From an uncultured bacterium (lineage in GTDB: Bacteria > Patescibacteriota > Saccharimonadia > UBA4664 > SCTI01), in the NCBI GenBank assembly GCA_963721685.1, contig CAVRJJ010000005.1, positions 311,367-375,366 on the forward strand: 64,000 nucleotides of DNA. Direction: 5' to 3'. The notes under the pieces are model-generated. The model did not search any database. It saw only the letters and a program-made list of their open reading frames with translations, and was not told the origin of the DNA. Below, in pieces: positions 1 to 9,840 of this stretch (position 1 is its first letter; every line of letters starts with the position of its first letter). The position numbers and the translations under genes are program-made.

Positions 1-2
1 CC

Positions 3-692
3 AGGCGCGGCGCGGTCTTTACGAAGCTGGCCAACGCGATTGCCCTAGCCACCAAAAAAGGCGGGGCTGATCCGGAAATGAACTTCTCGCTGCGGTTGGC
101 AATTCAAAAGGCCAAGGCCGCTAATATGCCGGCCGCTAATATTGAGCGTTCAATTAAGCGCGGTTCCGGCCAGTTAGGCGGCGACCAGATAGAAGAAATT
201 ACTTATGAAGGCTATGGCCCCGGCGGGGCAGCCCTTATTATTGAAACCGCGACCGATAACCGCAACCGCACCGGTCCGGAAGTACGGACAGCCCTCAGTA
301 AGAGCGGCGGGCGGCTAGCTGATGCCGGGTCGGTGGTGTACCAGTTCGACCAAAGGGGGATAATTCGTTTCGAACCAAAAGACTTGGAGGAGGCTACGCT
401 AGATGCGATTGAGGCGGGTGCCGATGACGTGGAGAGCGAAGACACTGAGCTGGTAGTTTACACCGTTCCAAAGCAACTCAATGCTGTCCAAACGAAGCTG
501 ACTGAGATGGGTTATAACATTAAATCGTCGGAACTGGCATACATTGCTAAAAATACCGTTTTAATTGAAGATGAAAAAACCGCGCAGCAACTTTTGAGGC
601 TCATGGACACTTTGGAAGAAATGGACGATGTTACCACTACTCATGCCAATTTTGATTTCTCGGACAAGCTATCAGAAAGCTTACGGGCGTGA
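3..692 (+). CDS. yebC: YebC/PmpR family protein (5'-partial; ORF is open to the window edge)
   Basis: In-frame upstream RRGAVFTKLANAIALATKKGGADPEMNFSLRLAI, plus YEGYGPGG and TDNRNRT motifs; classic position upstream of ruvC. Confidence 0.95.
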   Translation, partial: RRGAVFTKLANAIALATKKGGADPEMNFSLRLAIQKAKAANMPAANIERSIKRGSGQLGGDQIEEITYEGYGPGGAALIIETATDNRNRTGPEVRTALSKSGGRLADAGSVVYQFDQRGIIRFEPKDLEEATLDAIEAGADDVESEDTELVVYTVPKQLNAVQTKLTEMGYNIKSSELAYIAKNTVLIEDEKTAQQLLRLMDTLEEMDDVTTTHANFDFSDKLSESLRA

Positions 693-1171
693 AGATTCTG
701 GGCATTGATCCGGGTACGGCTACCACTGGTTTTGGGGTGATCGAAAAGCAGGGCGGCAAGGTCACTTTTATCGATGCCGGAGTGATTTTGACCCCTGCCG
801 ACCAACCAATGCCGGAGCGCCTTAGCGAAATTTATAACGGCCTGAATGAGCTGCTAGATGAGTATCGGCCTGATTGCATGGCGGTAGAACTGCTGTATTT
901 TGCCTCGAATGTGACTACCGCGATTACGGTTGGCCAAGCCCGGGGTGTGGTATTGCTGGCCGCTGCCGAGCACGCCGTTGCGGTGGCGGAATACACCCCG
1001 CTACAGGTCAAGCAGGCCATTACCGGTTATGGCCGGGCCACAAAAAAGCAGATGCAAGAAATGGTGAAAATGATGCTGGGCTTAAGCGGTATCCCCAAGC
1101 CGGATGACGCGGCTGATGGGTTGGCGATTGCTATTACCCATGCCAACCAGCTAGTTGGTGTGTCGCGATGA
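689..1171 (+). CDS. ruvC: Holliday junction resolvase RuvC
   Basis: ILGIDPG..TGFG, EYTPLQVKQAITGYG and PDDAADGLAIA motifs. Confidence 0.97.
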   Translation: MKILGIDPGTATTGFGVIEKQGGKVTFIDAGVILTPADQPMPERLSEIYNGLNELLDEYRPDCMAVELLYFASNVTTAITVGQARGVVLLAAAEHAVAVAEYTPLQVKQAITGYGRATKKQMQEMVKMMLGLSGIPKPDDAADGLAIAITHANQLVGVSR

Positions 1172-1746
1172 TCGCCCATTTGCGCGGAATTGTAATCGAA
1201 AAAACGGTGGGATCGGTAATTATTGAAGCTGGCGGCGTTGGTTATGAGGTGGTACTAGCAGCAGCCGACCATGGGAGGCTAGTGCAAGGTGAGGAGGCAA
1301 GCCTCTATATCTATGAGCAGATTCGGGAGGATGCCCATAACCTTTACGGCTTTAGCGATGTAGCAAGCAAGCATTTTTTCGAACAACTTTTAAGCATAAG
1401 CGGTATTGGGCCGAAGGTGGCTATTAATGTGCTTTCATCGGCGACATTAGATCAACTACAGTCGGCGATTGCCGGCGGGGATCCGGAAATTTTACGTGGT
1501 GTTGCCGGCATTGGCAAGAAAACGGCGGAGCGGATTGTGGTTGAACTTAAAAACAAGATGGACAGCTTGGGTATACTAGCCGGCAGTCAAGCTGGCACGG
1601 CGGTTAGCTCAACCGACACCGCCTACCAAGCGCTGATTGGGTTGGGTTATACTCCCAGCCAAGCGGCTGAGGCGTTGCGGGGTATCCCAGACGATATTGT
1701 GGGGGAGCAAGCCCGCGTAAAGGCGGCCCTCAAGCAACTTTCATAG
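1168..1746 (+). CDS. ruvA: Holliday junction branch migration protein RuvA
   Basis: MIAHLRG, GVGYEV, REDAHNLYGF, GIGPKVA and GIGKKTAERI motifs. Confidence 0.97.
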   Translation: MIAHLRGIVIEKTVGSVIIEAGGVGYEVVLAAADHGRLVQGEEASLYIYEQIREDAHNLYGFSDVASKHFFEQLLSISGIGPKVAINVLSSATLDQLQSAIAGGDPEILRGVAGIGKKTAERIVVELKNKMDSLGILAGSQAGTAVSSTDTAYQALIGLGYTPSQAAEALRGIPDDIVGEQARVKAALKQLS

Positions 1747-1803
1747 GAACCGTTAGTTTCGTATTTTGTTCGCTTATTTCTAAGCACTTGATATAATACC
1801 CCT

Positions 1804-2832
1804 ATGATTGAACGCGTTACCGTTGCCGCCGAACCAACCGAAGATCCCATTGAGCTCCAGCTTGAAGAAACTCTCCGTCCGAAAAGCTTTGAGTCGTATG
1901 TAGGGCAACAGCTGCTAAAAGATACGTTGCAGATGTCGATCCAAGCGGCAGGAGCCCGTAGCGACGCGGTGGACCATATTTTGCTATACGGACCGCCTGG
2001 GCTTGGTAAAACCACTATGGCGGGGGTTATCGCGGCAGAGATGCGAAGTAGCCTGCGCGTTACTTCCGGTCCGGCAATTGAGCGGGCCGGAGACCTGGCC
2101 TCTATCCTGACTAACCTGGCGGATGGGGATATCTTATTTATTGATGAAATTCACCGGCTACCTAAAACAGTGGAAGAGGTTCTCTATCCCGCCATGGAAG
2201 ATTTTGGGATGGATATTATGCTTGGAAAGGGTCCAAGCGCTAAAAGCATGCGGCTGGATCTGCCTAGGTTCACTCTTATTGGCGCTACTACCCGTGTGGG
2301 CGCGTTGGGGGCGCCGTTTCGCGATCGTTTTGGGATGGTGCATCGCCTTGAATACTACACTCCTGAAGAAATGGTGCAGATTTTGCAGCGGTCAGCCCGT
2401 ATTTTAGGCATTAGCCTAGATGCCAAAGCGGCGGAGGAAATCGCGTTACGCTCCCGCTTAACCCCTCGGATTGGCAATCGTTTACTTAAGCGGGTGCGGG
2501 ATTTCGCGGAGGTCAAACATGACGGAAAGGTCAGCGCCGAGGTCGCGCGCCAAGCTCTGGAGATGCTTGAAATTGATGAGTTGGGGCTGGATACGGCCGA
2601 CCGAAAATTGCTGGCGGCCATAATTGATAATTACGGTGGGGGGCCGGTGGGCCTGCAGACATTGGCAGCCTTGTGCTCAGAGGAGCAAACTACCATTGAA
2701 GATGTATACGAACCTTATCTTATGCAAATCGGGATGCTTGATCGAACACCGCGGGGTCGGCGCGTTACCCCAAAAGCCTACCTCCATCTTGGCGTGGAGC
2801 CTCCGACGTCGGCTCAGGGTACTTTAGTGTGA
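1804..2832 (+). CDS. ruvB: Holliday junction branch migration helicase RuvB
   Basis: [27 protein letters not shown] and EPYL....RTPRGR motifs. Confidence 0.98.
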   Translation: MIERVTVAAEPTEDPIELQLEETLRPKSFESYVGQQLLKDTLQMSIQAAGARSDAVDHILLYGPPGLGKTTMAGVIAAEMRSSLRVTSGPAIERAGDLASILTNLADGDILFIDEIHRLPKTVEEVLYPAMEDFGMDIMLGKGPSAKSMRLDLPRFTLIGATTRVGALGAPFRDRFGMVHRLEYYTPEEMVQILQRSARILGISLDAKAAEEIALRSRLTPRIGNRLLKRVRDFAEVKHDGKVSAEVARQALEMLEIDELGLDTADRKLLAAIIDNYGGGPVGLQTLAALCSEEQTTIEDVYEPYLMQIGMLDRTPRGRRVTPKAYLHLGVEPPTSAQGTLV

Positions 2833-2940
2833 AGGCCGCTGCCAAACTTGCTCCAGGCGTTTACCGGCAGGAGTTAACTGGAATTAATAAAGATATAGCT
2901 CGGTGCATTGAGCTGCAAGCAGGTATTAAAAAGCTGCTTA

Positions 2941-3243
2941 CTAAAGCGAAAATGGATTCTGCTTCCCGGGCCTAATGGGAATAGTGGTATCACCGGAGGA
3001 GTCCAGTTCCCGCAGTTGCTGAAGGGTATTTGAATAAGCTTTAAAGTTTGGCACCGCCAGGTCATTCTTATGGGTATTTATATAGGCTTGGTCTGGCTGG
3101 GCGCTATTAATTTGGCTAATCCGATAGCCCGTATAGGCGAACAAGCAACCTATAATCAGTAACACGATAAGCCGGTGGTACTGCTTGAACACCGCTAGGA
3201 GCTTGGCTGGGTTGAGGCTTTTAAATGAAATGCTTTGGTTCAT
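2941..3243 (-). CDS. small single-TM type IV pilus-associated protein (PilP-position gene)
   Basis: Last gene of the pilMNO run, overlapping pilO; one TM helix; C-terminal GKQNPF. Confidence 0.55.
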   Translation of the reverse strand: MNQSISFKSLNPAKLLAVFKQYHRLIVLLIIGCLFAYTGYRISQINSAQPDQAYINTHKNDLAVPNFKAYSNTLQQLRELDSSGDTTIPIRPGKQNPFSL

Positions 3244-3788
3244 GGCTTTATAAACACGTTAAGTACAATGCTGAATCCCAGTAGCCGACTTGATTCCGCA
3301 GGACTGATGCTAAGAGAATTCATGCTGCTGTAGCGGTCAAGTTTTTCCTGGCGCCGCAGAAAGTTTTGCAGTTGCTCGTAGGTTCCTTGTAGCTGAAAGG
3401 TGACTTGAAGGGCAAGCGCGTCACCCACCGGAGTGGTTTGGCTTAACGGGCCAGGCTGGCCGGAGGCGGGAAAGTCAATGTTATCAATGCGCATGTCGCT
3501 GGCAGTAGCGATGTTTTGAAGCTGCAAGGCTACTTTTGACTGGTTTTTCTCGGGGGGCAAAGCTTCATTAATAAGCGGCAAAAACGGCTCAAGCTGCTTA
3601 TATTCTTTCTGTAGCTTTGCCAGGCGCCGTAAGTTGTTATCGGCGGTTTCATTTTGAGCAAGACTTTGGGAGAAGGAGGTGACGCCTGAGGCAAGATACT
3701 GGCTGGTGACATAGTAACCAAAGCCGCCGCCTCCAATTAGAAGCAGCAATAAACCGCAAAGGACATAAAAAAGTCGTTGCGGGCTCAT
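3240..3788 (-). CDS. pilO: type IV pilus alignment protein PilO-like
   Basis: N-terminal TM and coiled coil, ALP.EK and GTYEQLQNFL motifs; follows pilN. Confidence 0.8.
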   Translation of the reverse strand: MSPQRLFYVLCGLLLLLIGGGGFGYYVTSQYLASGVTSFSQSLAQNETADNNLRRLAKLQKEYKQLEPFLPLINEALPPEKNQSKVALQLQNIATASDMRIDNIDFPASGQPGPLSQTTPVGDALALQVTFQLQGTYEQLQNFLRRQEKLDRYSSMNSLSISPAESSRLLGFSIVLNVFIKP

Positions 3789-4324
3789 TTGGCGTCTCCC
3801 GGCTTAAAGGCGAAAACCACGACCACCGAATAGTTGTCCTGCTGACGCTTAATGTTCTCAATGTCCGCGGCGCTAATCCGAGGCGAGCGGGCAATACTGT
3901 CGCGGAAGCTAAGGGCGGTTTTGTAGTCAAGCGCGTTGACGGTAAGGCGGACCGGCTGTTTATCGTCTCCGGTTAAGACTATATTTGAGATTGCCGTTCC
4001 TTGGGGCATATATTCAGCCAAATCAGCCAGTAAGACCGAAAATTTCGCCTGATTTTTTTGGATCCCGTTAATCGCTGCCAACCGGCTTCCAGCCGCTTTG
4101 GCTTTTTGCTGAAGATCTTTATATGAGGCGACCTGCTTGTGCTTGACGGTAAGTTCGGCTTCGACCCGTTTGATATCTTCATGTAAGAAGTAGGAAGCGC
4201 CAAGCAAGCTGCCCGCTAATCCGGCCGTTAAAAAGAGGACGAGCCAAAAATAACCAAGTAGCGATCGGTTATAGCGAGAATAAGAAATTTGTTTTTTTAT
4301 TTCGGGTGGAAGGAGGTTGATCAT
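3785..4324 (-). CDS. pilN: type IV pilus alignment protein PilN
   Basis: MINLLPP PilM-binding motif, TM helix and coiled coil. Confidence 0.9.
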   Translation of the reverse strand: MINLLPPEIKKQISYSRYNRSLLGYFWLVLFLTAGLAGSLLGASYFLHEDIKRVEAELTVKHKQVASYKDLQQKAKAAGSRLAAINGIQKNQAKFSVLLADLAEYMPQGTAISNIVLTGDDKQPVRLTVNALDYKTALSFRDSIARSPRISAADIENIKRQQDNYSVVVVFAFKPGDAK

Positions 4325-5379
4325 AGCAGGCCTCGCAAAGCTAACCCAATGGCTGTCGCGTACATCGGCGTTTCCTGGGGATGGTTTTCTTTCTTAATCT
4401 CAAGGTTTTTCCAGGGGTCTCCAACGGTTAGGGGCAGCCCGACTTGCTCGCTCAAGTATTGGTCTAACCCCGGCATTTGGGCGGTTCCGCCCGAGAGCAC
4501 CAGGGAAGCGACCTTCTTGGTTTCTTCGTGGCGGCTTTCGTAGAATTTTATAACCCGTTTTATTTCTTTCACTAATGTTTGGAGCTGAGGTTCTAGCGCG
4601 GGAAAAACCTTATCGTGCATTCCGCTGGGGGTTAGGCCAAATTTCTCTTTAATTTCATTGGCTTCCGCGACCTTAATCCCCAAGCTTGATACCAGCGCGT
4701 CGGTATAATGTTGCCCTCCCACAGGAACGCTGCCGGTAAGGGGAATAAAGGTGTCGTAAATGGTTAGGTCGGATGATAGGGAGCCAATATCGACTACCAG
4801 CGTACTACCCCCGGCATCCCCAGAGTGTAAGAGGGCCCGGATTACCGCTGCCATTCCCGCCTCCATAGCTCCCACCTCTATACCAAGTTCATCGAATAAC
4901 TTGAGATACGAATCCACGATGGCACGAGGCGCGGCCATCATTAATACATCCATGTGGGGATCATTGCCCGAAGTCGTATTAACTACCTCGTGGTCGATAT
5001 AGAGATCGTTAACGGGGACCGGCACATATTGCTCAACCTCGTAGCTTATGGCCTGTTCTAAGTCACTTCCGTTCATGGGGGGGAGCTCAAGCGTGCGGGT
5101 AAAAAGCTTGGTTGCCGGCAGCCCGGTTACTACTCGGTTAGAAGTGAGTTTTCCATAGGTTAAATTGCGCAACAAAGGTTTTATTACTTTAGCCATAGCA
5201 ACAGGGTCAGCGATGATACCCTCCACCACTGATTCGGGTGGAAAGAACGCGGATCCGTAGCCTTGGACGACCGTTTTGCGGCCGGCTTTGCGTAACTGGA
5301 CTATTTTGACATTGTGGGTACCAATATCAAAACCATACTGTAGCTTGTCTTTATAAATTAGGGGAACGCGCACACTCAC
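4321..5379 (-). CDS. pilM: type IV pilus assembly protein PilM
   Basis: GFDIG, VVDIG and LSGGTAQMPGL actin-like/FtsA-like motifs. Confidence 0.93.
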   Translation of the reverse strand: MSVRVPLIYKDKLQYGFDIGTHNVKIVQLRKAGRKTVVQGYGSAFFPPESVVEGIIADPVAMAKVIKPLLRNLTYGKLTSNRVVTGLPATKLFTRTLELPPMNGSDLEQAISYEVEQYVPVPVNDLYIDHEVVNTTSGNDPHMDVLMMAAPRAIVDSYLKLFDELGIEVGAMEAGMAAVIRALLHSGDAGGSTLVVDIGSLSSDLTIYDTFIPLTGSVPVGGQHYTDALVSSLGIKVAEANEIKEKFGLTPSGMHDKVFPALEPQLQTLVKEIKRVIKFYESRHEETKKVASLVLSGGTAQMPGLDQYLSEQVGLPLTVGDPWKNLEIKKENHPQETPMYATAIGLALRGLL

Positions 5380-5434
5380 CTCATTAAAGCATTACCATTT
5401 TAATTATAGCAAACCTATCAGTAAGAGACGAGCG

Positions 5435-6859
5435 TCAATTAAACAACCTCTCGTAATAGCGGACATCCCAGCCACTAGGAGTGCTGGACGTGGTGCTGGA
5501 AAATTGAATGTTCCCGTTATTATTAAGCTCAATGGTCTGCCCAATCAGCTGCCCCACGGTGGCATTGTTAGAAAGCCTGAGTTTCGTCCACCGGGAGTAA
5601 AATAGTATGTTGGCCGCTCCGCTGACATTATTGGCTAAATTAATGGTAGTAATATCTTTAGAGTTGGCTAGCGCGGTTCCCGTAACATTACTGCAACCGG
5701 GCCTGCAGCTAGTGTCTGCCGACCAGAATGTATACATATTAAAGCCAATATTATTACTATTGGCGGTAATAAAGCTGTTATTTCCGCTCGTAAAGCCAGT
5801 CGAGCCGTCAATAATTAATTTTACCGGCGCCCCCACGGCGTTACCCGGCTTAAGGGTGTTGTTATTGCCCAGAGTTAAGTTGCCGTCCAGCCAGACATCG
5901 CCGTCTAGGTAAATGGTGCAGTTGTTTGATCCGTTTAAGGTCGTTGTGCTGGCACCCGTGTAGTGACCCGACAGGTGCATTACCCCGCCGCTGCAGGATT
6001 GGGACGCCATAGAGCCCGCATTGGGTATGCCACTGGTTAAGGCGCCGTGATCGGCTGGGGGGAGGTTTATCGGAGGGACGATGTGATCTACGACACCCGT
6101 ATGGGTAAAATTCCCCGGCTTATCCACGTTATTAAGGGGGTGCGTTTCACCATATATATGCGAATTGGTGTCGGTTGTCACACTATTGCCCGAGCTGCAT
6201 GCCAGTGGGTAGGTGCTGTTGGCTGGAGAAGGGCAGGTCATATCGGCAACGTAGGTGTCCACAGGGGTGGCTATACTACCGATTACAGCGTTGTTTCCCA
6301 TAATAAGCTTGCCGCCAACATAAATAGGTCCGGCCGTAATGCGTACGTTATTGCCTAGCACCAGCCCTCCCGGCCCGGCCATGATCGTAAAGTCCGGAGG
6401 AAAAGCCTGATTAATAATCAGCCGAACTTTACGGGTTGAGATTGGTGAGGGAGCGGTTGCCGGAAGATAAACTTTACCCGTAGCGTATACCACTTTCTCG
6501 TTTTGAATAGAACCGTCTGTTACGCAAGATTCATAGGTGATCTTTCCTTGAGTTGAATTATCAACAAGCGTGAGAGGATTTATGGTGTGTCCCGTGCATG
6601 AGTTGCTCGTGCCTGCTGGGGCAGTAGTGGTGCCTTGATAGGCAGTATTAATATTAATATTATTCATAAAGGCATCGGCTCCCGCTTCGGCCGCGTTCAG
6701 CGCACTAGCGTTGGCGAGGGTGCGTCGCGTGCTGGTGTAATGGGACAGGGCAAATTCCGCCACCGCCAAGGAAGTTACGATAAAAAAGGAAGTAAATATC
6801 ATTGCTCCAACTAAAACCACGCCCGATTCCGAATGAAGATGGCGAGCAAATTTTTTCAT
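5435..6859 (-). CDS. large PilX-like minor pilin / pilus-tip adhesin
   Basis: ESGVVLV pilin-like N-terminus lacking E5, AAEAGAD motif, Asn/Gly/Thr-rich C-terminal domain. Confidence 0.75.
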   Translation of the reverse strand: MKKFARHLHSESGVVLVGAMIFTSFFIVTSLAVAEFALSHYTSTRRTLANASALNAAEAGADAFMNNININTAYQGTTTAPAGTSNSCTGHTINPLTLVDNSTQGKITYESCVTDGSIQNEKVVYATGKVYLPATAPSPISTRKVRLIINQAFPPDFTIMAGPGGLVLGNNVRITAGPIYVGGKLIMGNNAVIGSIATPVDTYVADMTCPSPANSTYPLACSSGNSVTTDTNSHIYGETHPLNNVDKPGNFTHTGVVDHIVPPINLPPADHGALTSGIPNAGSMASQSCSGGVMHLSGHYTGASTTTLNGSNNCTIYLDGDVWLDGNLTLGNNNTLKPGNAVGAPVKLIIDGSTGFTSGNNSFITANSNNIGFNMYTFWSADTSCRPGCSNVTGTALANSKDITTINLANNVSGAANILFYSRWTKLRLSNNATVGQLIGQTIELNNNGNIQFSSTTSSTPSGWDVRYYERLFN

Positions 6860-7533
6860 GGCTTATTTCTCAACGTTACTCGTGAATTTAAGCTATTGGA
6901 GTACGCGTGACCAAACTTTGAACGGGTTTGCGAAATAGTGACATCCAGGGAATAAACGTTAGCCACGGTGCTGGTAGAGACATTTTCAGAATCGAAATAA
7001 GATATAACCATGTTTGCAATATCTTCAATTACTTGGCCATCTGGCGGACACGTCGATGTGCCTGGAGGCGGGCAGGTAGAACGGGCGGTATTGCCCGCTA
7101 CGGGATTAGCAATTACGCGGCGGTAAAGAAGATTTTTAGCCCCATCAACATAATAAATAACGTCATTGGTGTGAATACCGCTATGGGACGGATTGACATA
7201 AATCAGGTTGCCGCTACTATCGACTGCCGGAACGGCCAAGACTAGGGTAGACGGCGAGCTGTTGCTTGATGACCATCCATACGGATTGCCACCTGGCCCG
7301 TGTAGATCGGGCCACTGGTTGGTTGTCTCAATCATTCTAGCTGACTGAATATCGCGCCTCAGACTTTCCAGAGCTTGCTTGGTATTGCTCTGAAGAATGG
7401 TTAATGAATCCGTGCGAGCATAATCAACTAGTCTATCAATATAAAATTGGGACACTACCAAGGCCAGTACTCCCATAACTGACATAGTTATCAAGAGCTC
7501 TAATAAGGTAAGCCCGCGCTGATCTTTTTTCAT
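6856..7533 (-). CDS. minor pilin (PilW-like)
   Basis: RG|LTLLELLI prepilin cleavage motif; ends in LRN. Confidence 0.85.
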   Translation of the reverse strand: MKKDQRGLTLLELLITMSVMGVLALVVSQFYIDRLVDYARTDSLTILQSNTKQALESLRRDIQSARMIETTNQWPDLHGPGGNPYGWSSSNSSPSTLVLAVPAVDSSGNLIYVNPSHSGIHTNDVIYYVDGAKNLLYRRVIANPVAGNTARSTCPPPGTSTCPPDGQVIEDIANMVISYFDSENVSTSTVANVYSLDVTISQTRSKFGHAYSNSLNSRVTLRNKP

Positions 7534-7946
7534 CGGTTGATACCGCGTTGAGCCATATAGGTTGAAACCTGAACCTTTTTTGTTTTCTTGTCATCGGTGT
7601 AGGAAATCATAACATCAACTTGCTTTAATCCGGCTTGCGGCGATGATATGTTGGCTACGGCCGACTTAGGCGAGCCAAGGCTAGCGGGCAAGGAGGCGGT
7701 AAAGGTTTCCGCCGGCGTACCCAGGGGGAGTGCATTAAAGCCCGCATCTCGATAAATTTCAAGTTTTTTTTCAGCTAGGGCGGTTGCGACTGCCAGGTTG
7801 CGCGCTTGTTTGTTTAACTTTCCGGTAAAAATAAATATATTAATAATGGCAACTAAGGTTATGCTGATGAAAACAGCGGTTACTACTAGCTCAACCAGCG
7901 TAAAACCATCACTCGACTTTAAGTTTTTTACAACGTCTTTAGGCAT
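7530..7946 (-). CDS. minor pilin (PilV-like)
   Basis: DG|FTLVELVV motif; start placed at ATG 7946, which has TATAAT 7 nt upstream (the ORF track starts at 7982). Confidence 0.85.
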   Translation of the reverse strand: MPKDVVKNLKSSDGFTLVELVVTAVFISITLVAIINIFIFTGKLNKQARNLAVATALAEKKLEIYRDAGFNALPLGTPAETFTASLPASLGSPKSAVANISSPQAGLKQVDVMISYTDDKKTKKVQVSTYMAQRGINR

Positions 7947-7996
7947 TAGCTTTATTATAGCGTAAGCGGTTTTTTTGATCATGATTGTCTCGTATT

Positions 7997-8031
7997 AAAA
8001 AGCCGCTGCCGTTACCGGTCAGCGGCTTTTT
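7997..8031 (-). terminator. intrinsic terminator after the major pilin gene
   Basis: AAAAAGCCGCTG...CAGCGGCTTTTT inverted repeat with T-tracts on both strands. Confidence 0.85.
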
Positions 8032-8050
8032 AGCTAGGTTAGACTATTAG

Positions 8051-8512
8051 TTAATTTGCTGAGTTGAGTGTGTAGACACCAGCTGTAGCCTGGCTGTCCT
8101 TGGCATTTTCAAGCGTAGCCCTGAGCGTATAGCTTATACAAGCGCCATCACCACAACCCGTTGGGGAGGTTTCGTATGTGTAGTTCTGACCACCTTTAGG
8201 GTCGTTAGGCACAGACTTGGCGTAAGGCGTGCCTCCTGACGTGAGAACCGTGCCCAAACAGCCAGCTACACTTGGTGTACACGTTGTAGCGCCCGCGGTG
8301 GGATAGCTGTTGTTATCGTTGTAGTACAACTCAAGCGCTGTTTGAATCTTGTGGAGATCACCCTTACGCTGTGAGTCGCGCGCGCGTTGCGGACCGCTAA
8401 TTAAGTTCGGGATGATTAGTACGGCTAGAATACCAATGATCACGATAACGATCAAAAGCTCAAGTAGCGTAAAACCACCTTGTTTCTTTAATAATTTCAT
8501 GTGAGTGCTCAC
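8051..8512 (-). CDS. probable major type IV pilin (GspG-like)
   Basis: GG|FTLLELLIVIVIIGILA, ARDSQRK.DL and PNDPK motifs; has its own RBS (GGAGGT) and terminator. Confidence 0.88.
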   Translation of the reverse strand: MSTHMKLLKKQGGFTLLELLIVIVIIGILAVLIIPNLISGPQRARDSQRKGDLHKIQTALELYYNDNNSYPTAGATTCTPSVAGCLGTVLTSGGTPYAKSVPNDPKGGQNYTYETSPTGCGDGACISYTLRATLENAKDSQATAGVYTLNSAN

Positions 8513-8618
8513 CTCCTAATTTTTTTTCTTATTATGGTACTAAACAAAGCATAAGCTCTATTGACCTAATTGTAAAATTTTTATGTTGTGCGTGTCAAGG
8601 ATTTTTGCATTAGACAGC

Positions 8619-9839
8619 TTAAATGGCTTGATTCAATGACGCCAGCGGCCCGAACACTCCAATGACGATAAACCCGACAATACCCCCCAATGAGACGATG
8701 AGAATTGGCTCAATTACCGAGGTGATTCCGGCAACCACCGTGTCTACCTCACGTTCATAGAAGCTTGCCAATTTGAGTAAAATTTCATCAAGTTTTCCGG
8801 TTTCCTCACCAACCGCAACCATTTGGCCGACGATAGGAGGAAAGGCAGCGAGCGCGTTAAGCGGCTCGGCTATCGGTTTACCGGCCTTAACCTGCCTGGC
8901 AACTTCGTGCAAGCCATTGCGAAAAACCGTATTGTTTAAACCGTCGGCACTGGTATTAAGCGCTTCGAGCACCGAGAGCCCTGAAGCCATCAGCGAGCCA
9001 AAAGTTCGCGCAAACCGGGCGACATTGACCTTAATGATGATTGGCCCAAGTATGGGCAATCGAATAAGCAGTTTATCAATCATGGCTTTGCCGCGGGCGG
9101 TGCGCTTAAAACGAAACGCAACTATGCCCAGCACTACAAGCCCAGCGAGTATAAAAATCCCATAGTTTACCAGGCCGCTGCTAATAGCCAGCATGAGCTT
9201 GCTATACCATGGCAGTTCTGCCCCCATGCTTTCAAAAATTACCGACATCCGGGGCACTAAATAAGTCATAAGAAAAACAAACGAACCCAATGTAACCGTA
9301 AGTAATATCCCGGGATAAATCATGGCGCTGCGAACCTTGGCAACTACCGCGGCGTCTTTTTCCTGCTGGACGGCCAAGCGCTCAAGTACTCCGTCAAGCA
9401 TGCCTCCAGCTTCACCAGCTTTAATCATATTGATGTATACTGCGGAAAAAACATCCGTGTGTGCCGCCAGCGCGTCGCTTAGGGTTGAGCCGCCTTCAAC
9501 TTGTTTTGTAATATCAGAGATAACTGATTGAAAATGCTTATTAGCGGTTTGGCCGCTTAGCATAGTAAGTGATTGGGTTAACGGAACACCGGCGTTGATC
9601 ATGGTGGCAAACTGCCGCGAGAATATTACCTTCTCCTCAAGTTTTACGCGGCCGCCAAACTTAAATTTCCCTAAACTTAGGCCTTTACCGCCGGCCTTGG
9701 CAAATTCGATTTTAATGAGTATTGGCACCAACTCCCGATCGAGGAGGCTTGCCGCCGCCGCGGCTTGGTCGTTGGCAACTAAACTGCCTTTTTGAATGGT
9801 CCCACTATGATCGCGCGCGGTATAGGTAAAAGTTGCCAT
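8619..9839 (-). CDS. pilC: type IV pilus platform protein PilC (T2SS F family)
   Basis: FSRQFATMINAGVPL, AGEAGG and VGEETGKLD motifs; start at MATFTYTARD (9839). Confidence 0.95.
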   Translation of the reverse strand: MATFTYTARDHSGTIQKGSLVANDQAAAAASLLDRELVPILIKIEFAKAGGKGLSLGKFKFGGRVKLEEKVIFSRQFATMINAGVPLTQSLTMLSGQTANKHFQSVISDITKQVEGGSTLSDALAAHTDVFSAVYINMIKAGEAGGMLDGVLERLAVQQEKDAAVVAKVRSAMIYPGILLTVTLGSFVFLMTYLVPRMSVIFESMGAELPWYSKLMLAISSGLVNYGIFILAGLVVLGIVAFRFKRTARGKAMIDKLLIRLPILGPIIIKVNVARFARTFGSLMASGLSVLEALNTSADGLNNTVFRNGLHEVARQVKAGKPIAEPLNALAAFPPIVGQMVAVGEETGKLDEILLKLASFYEREVDTVVAGITSVIEPILIVSLGGIVGFIVIGVFGPLASLNQAI

Positions 9840-9840
9840 C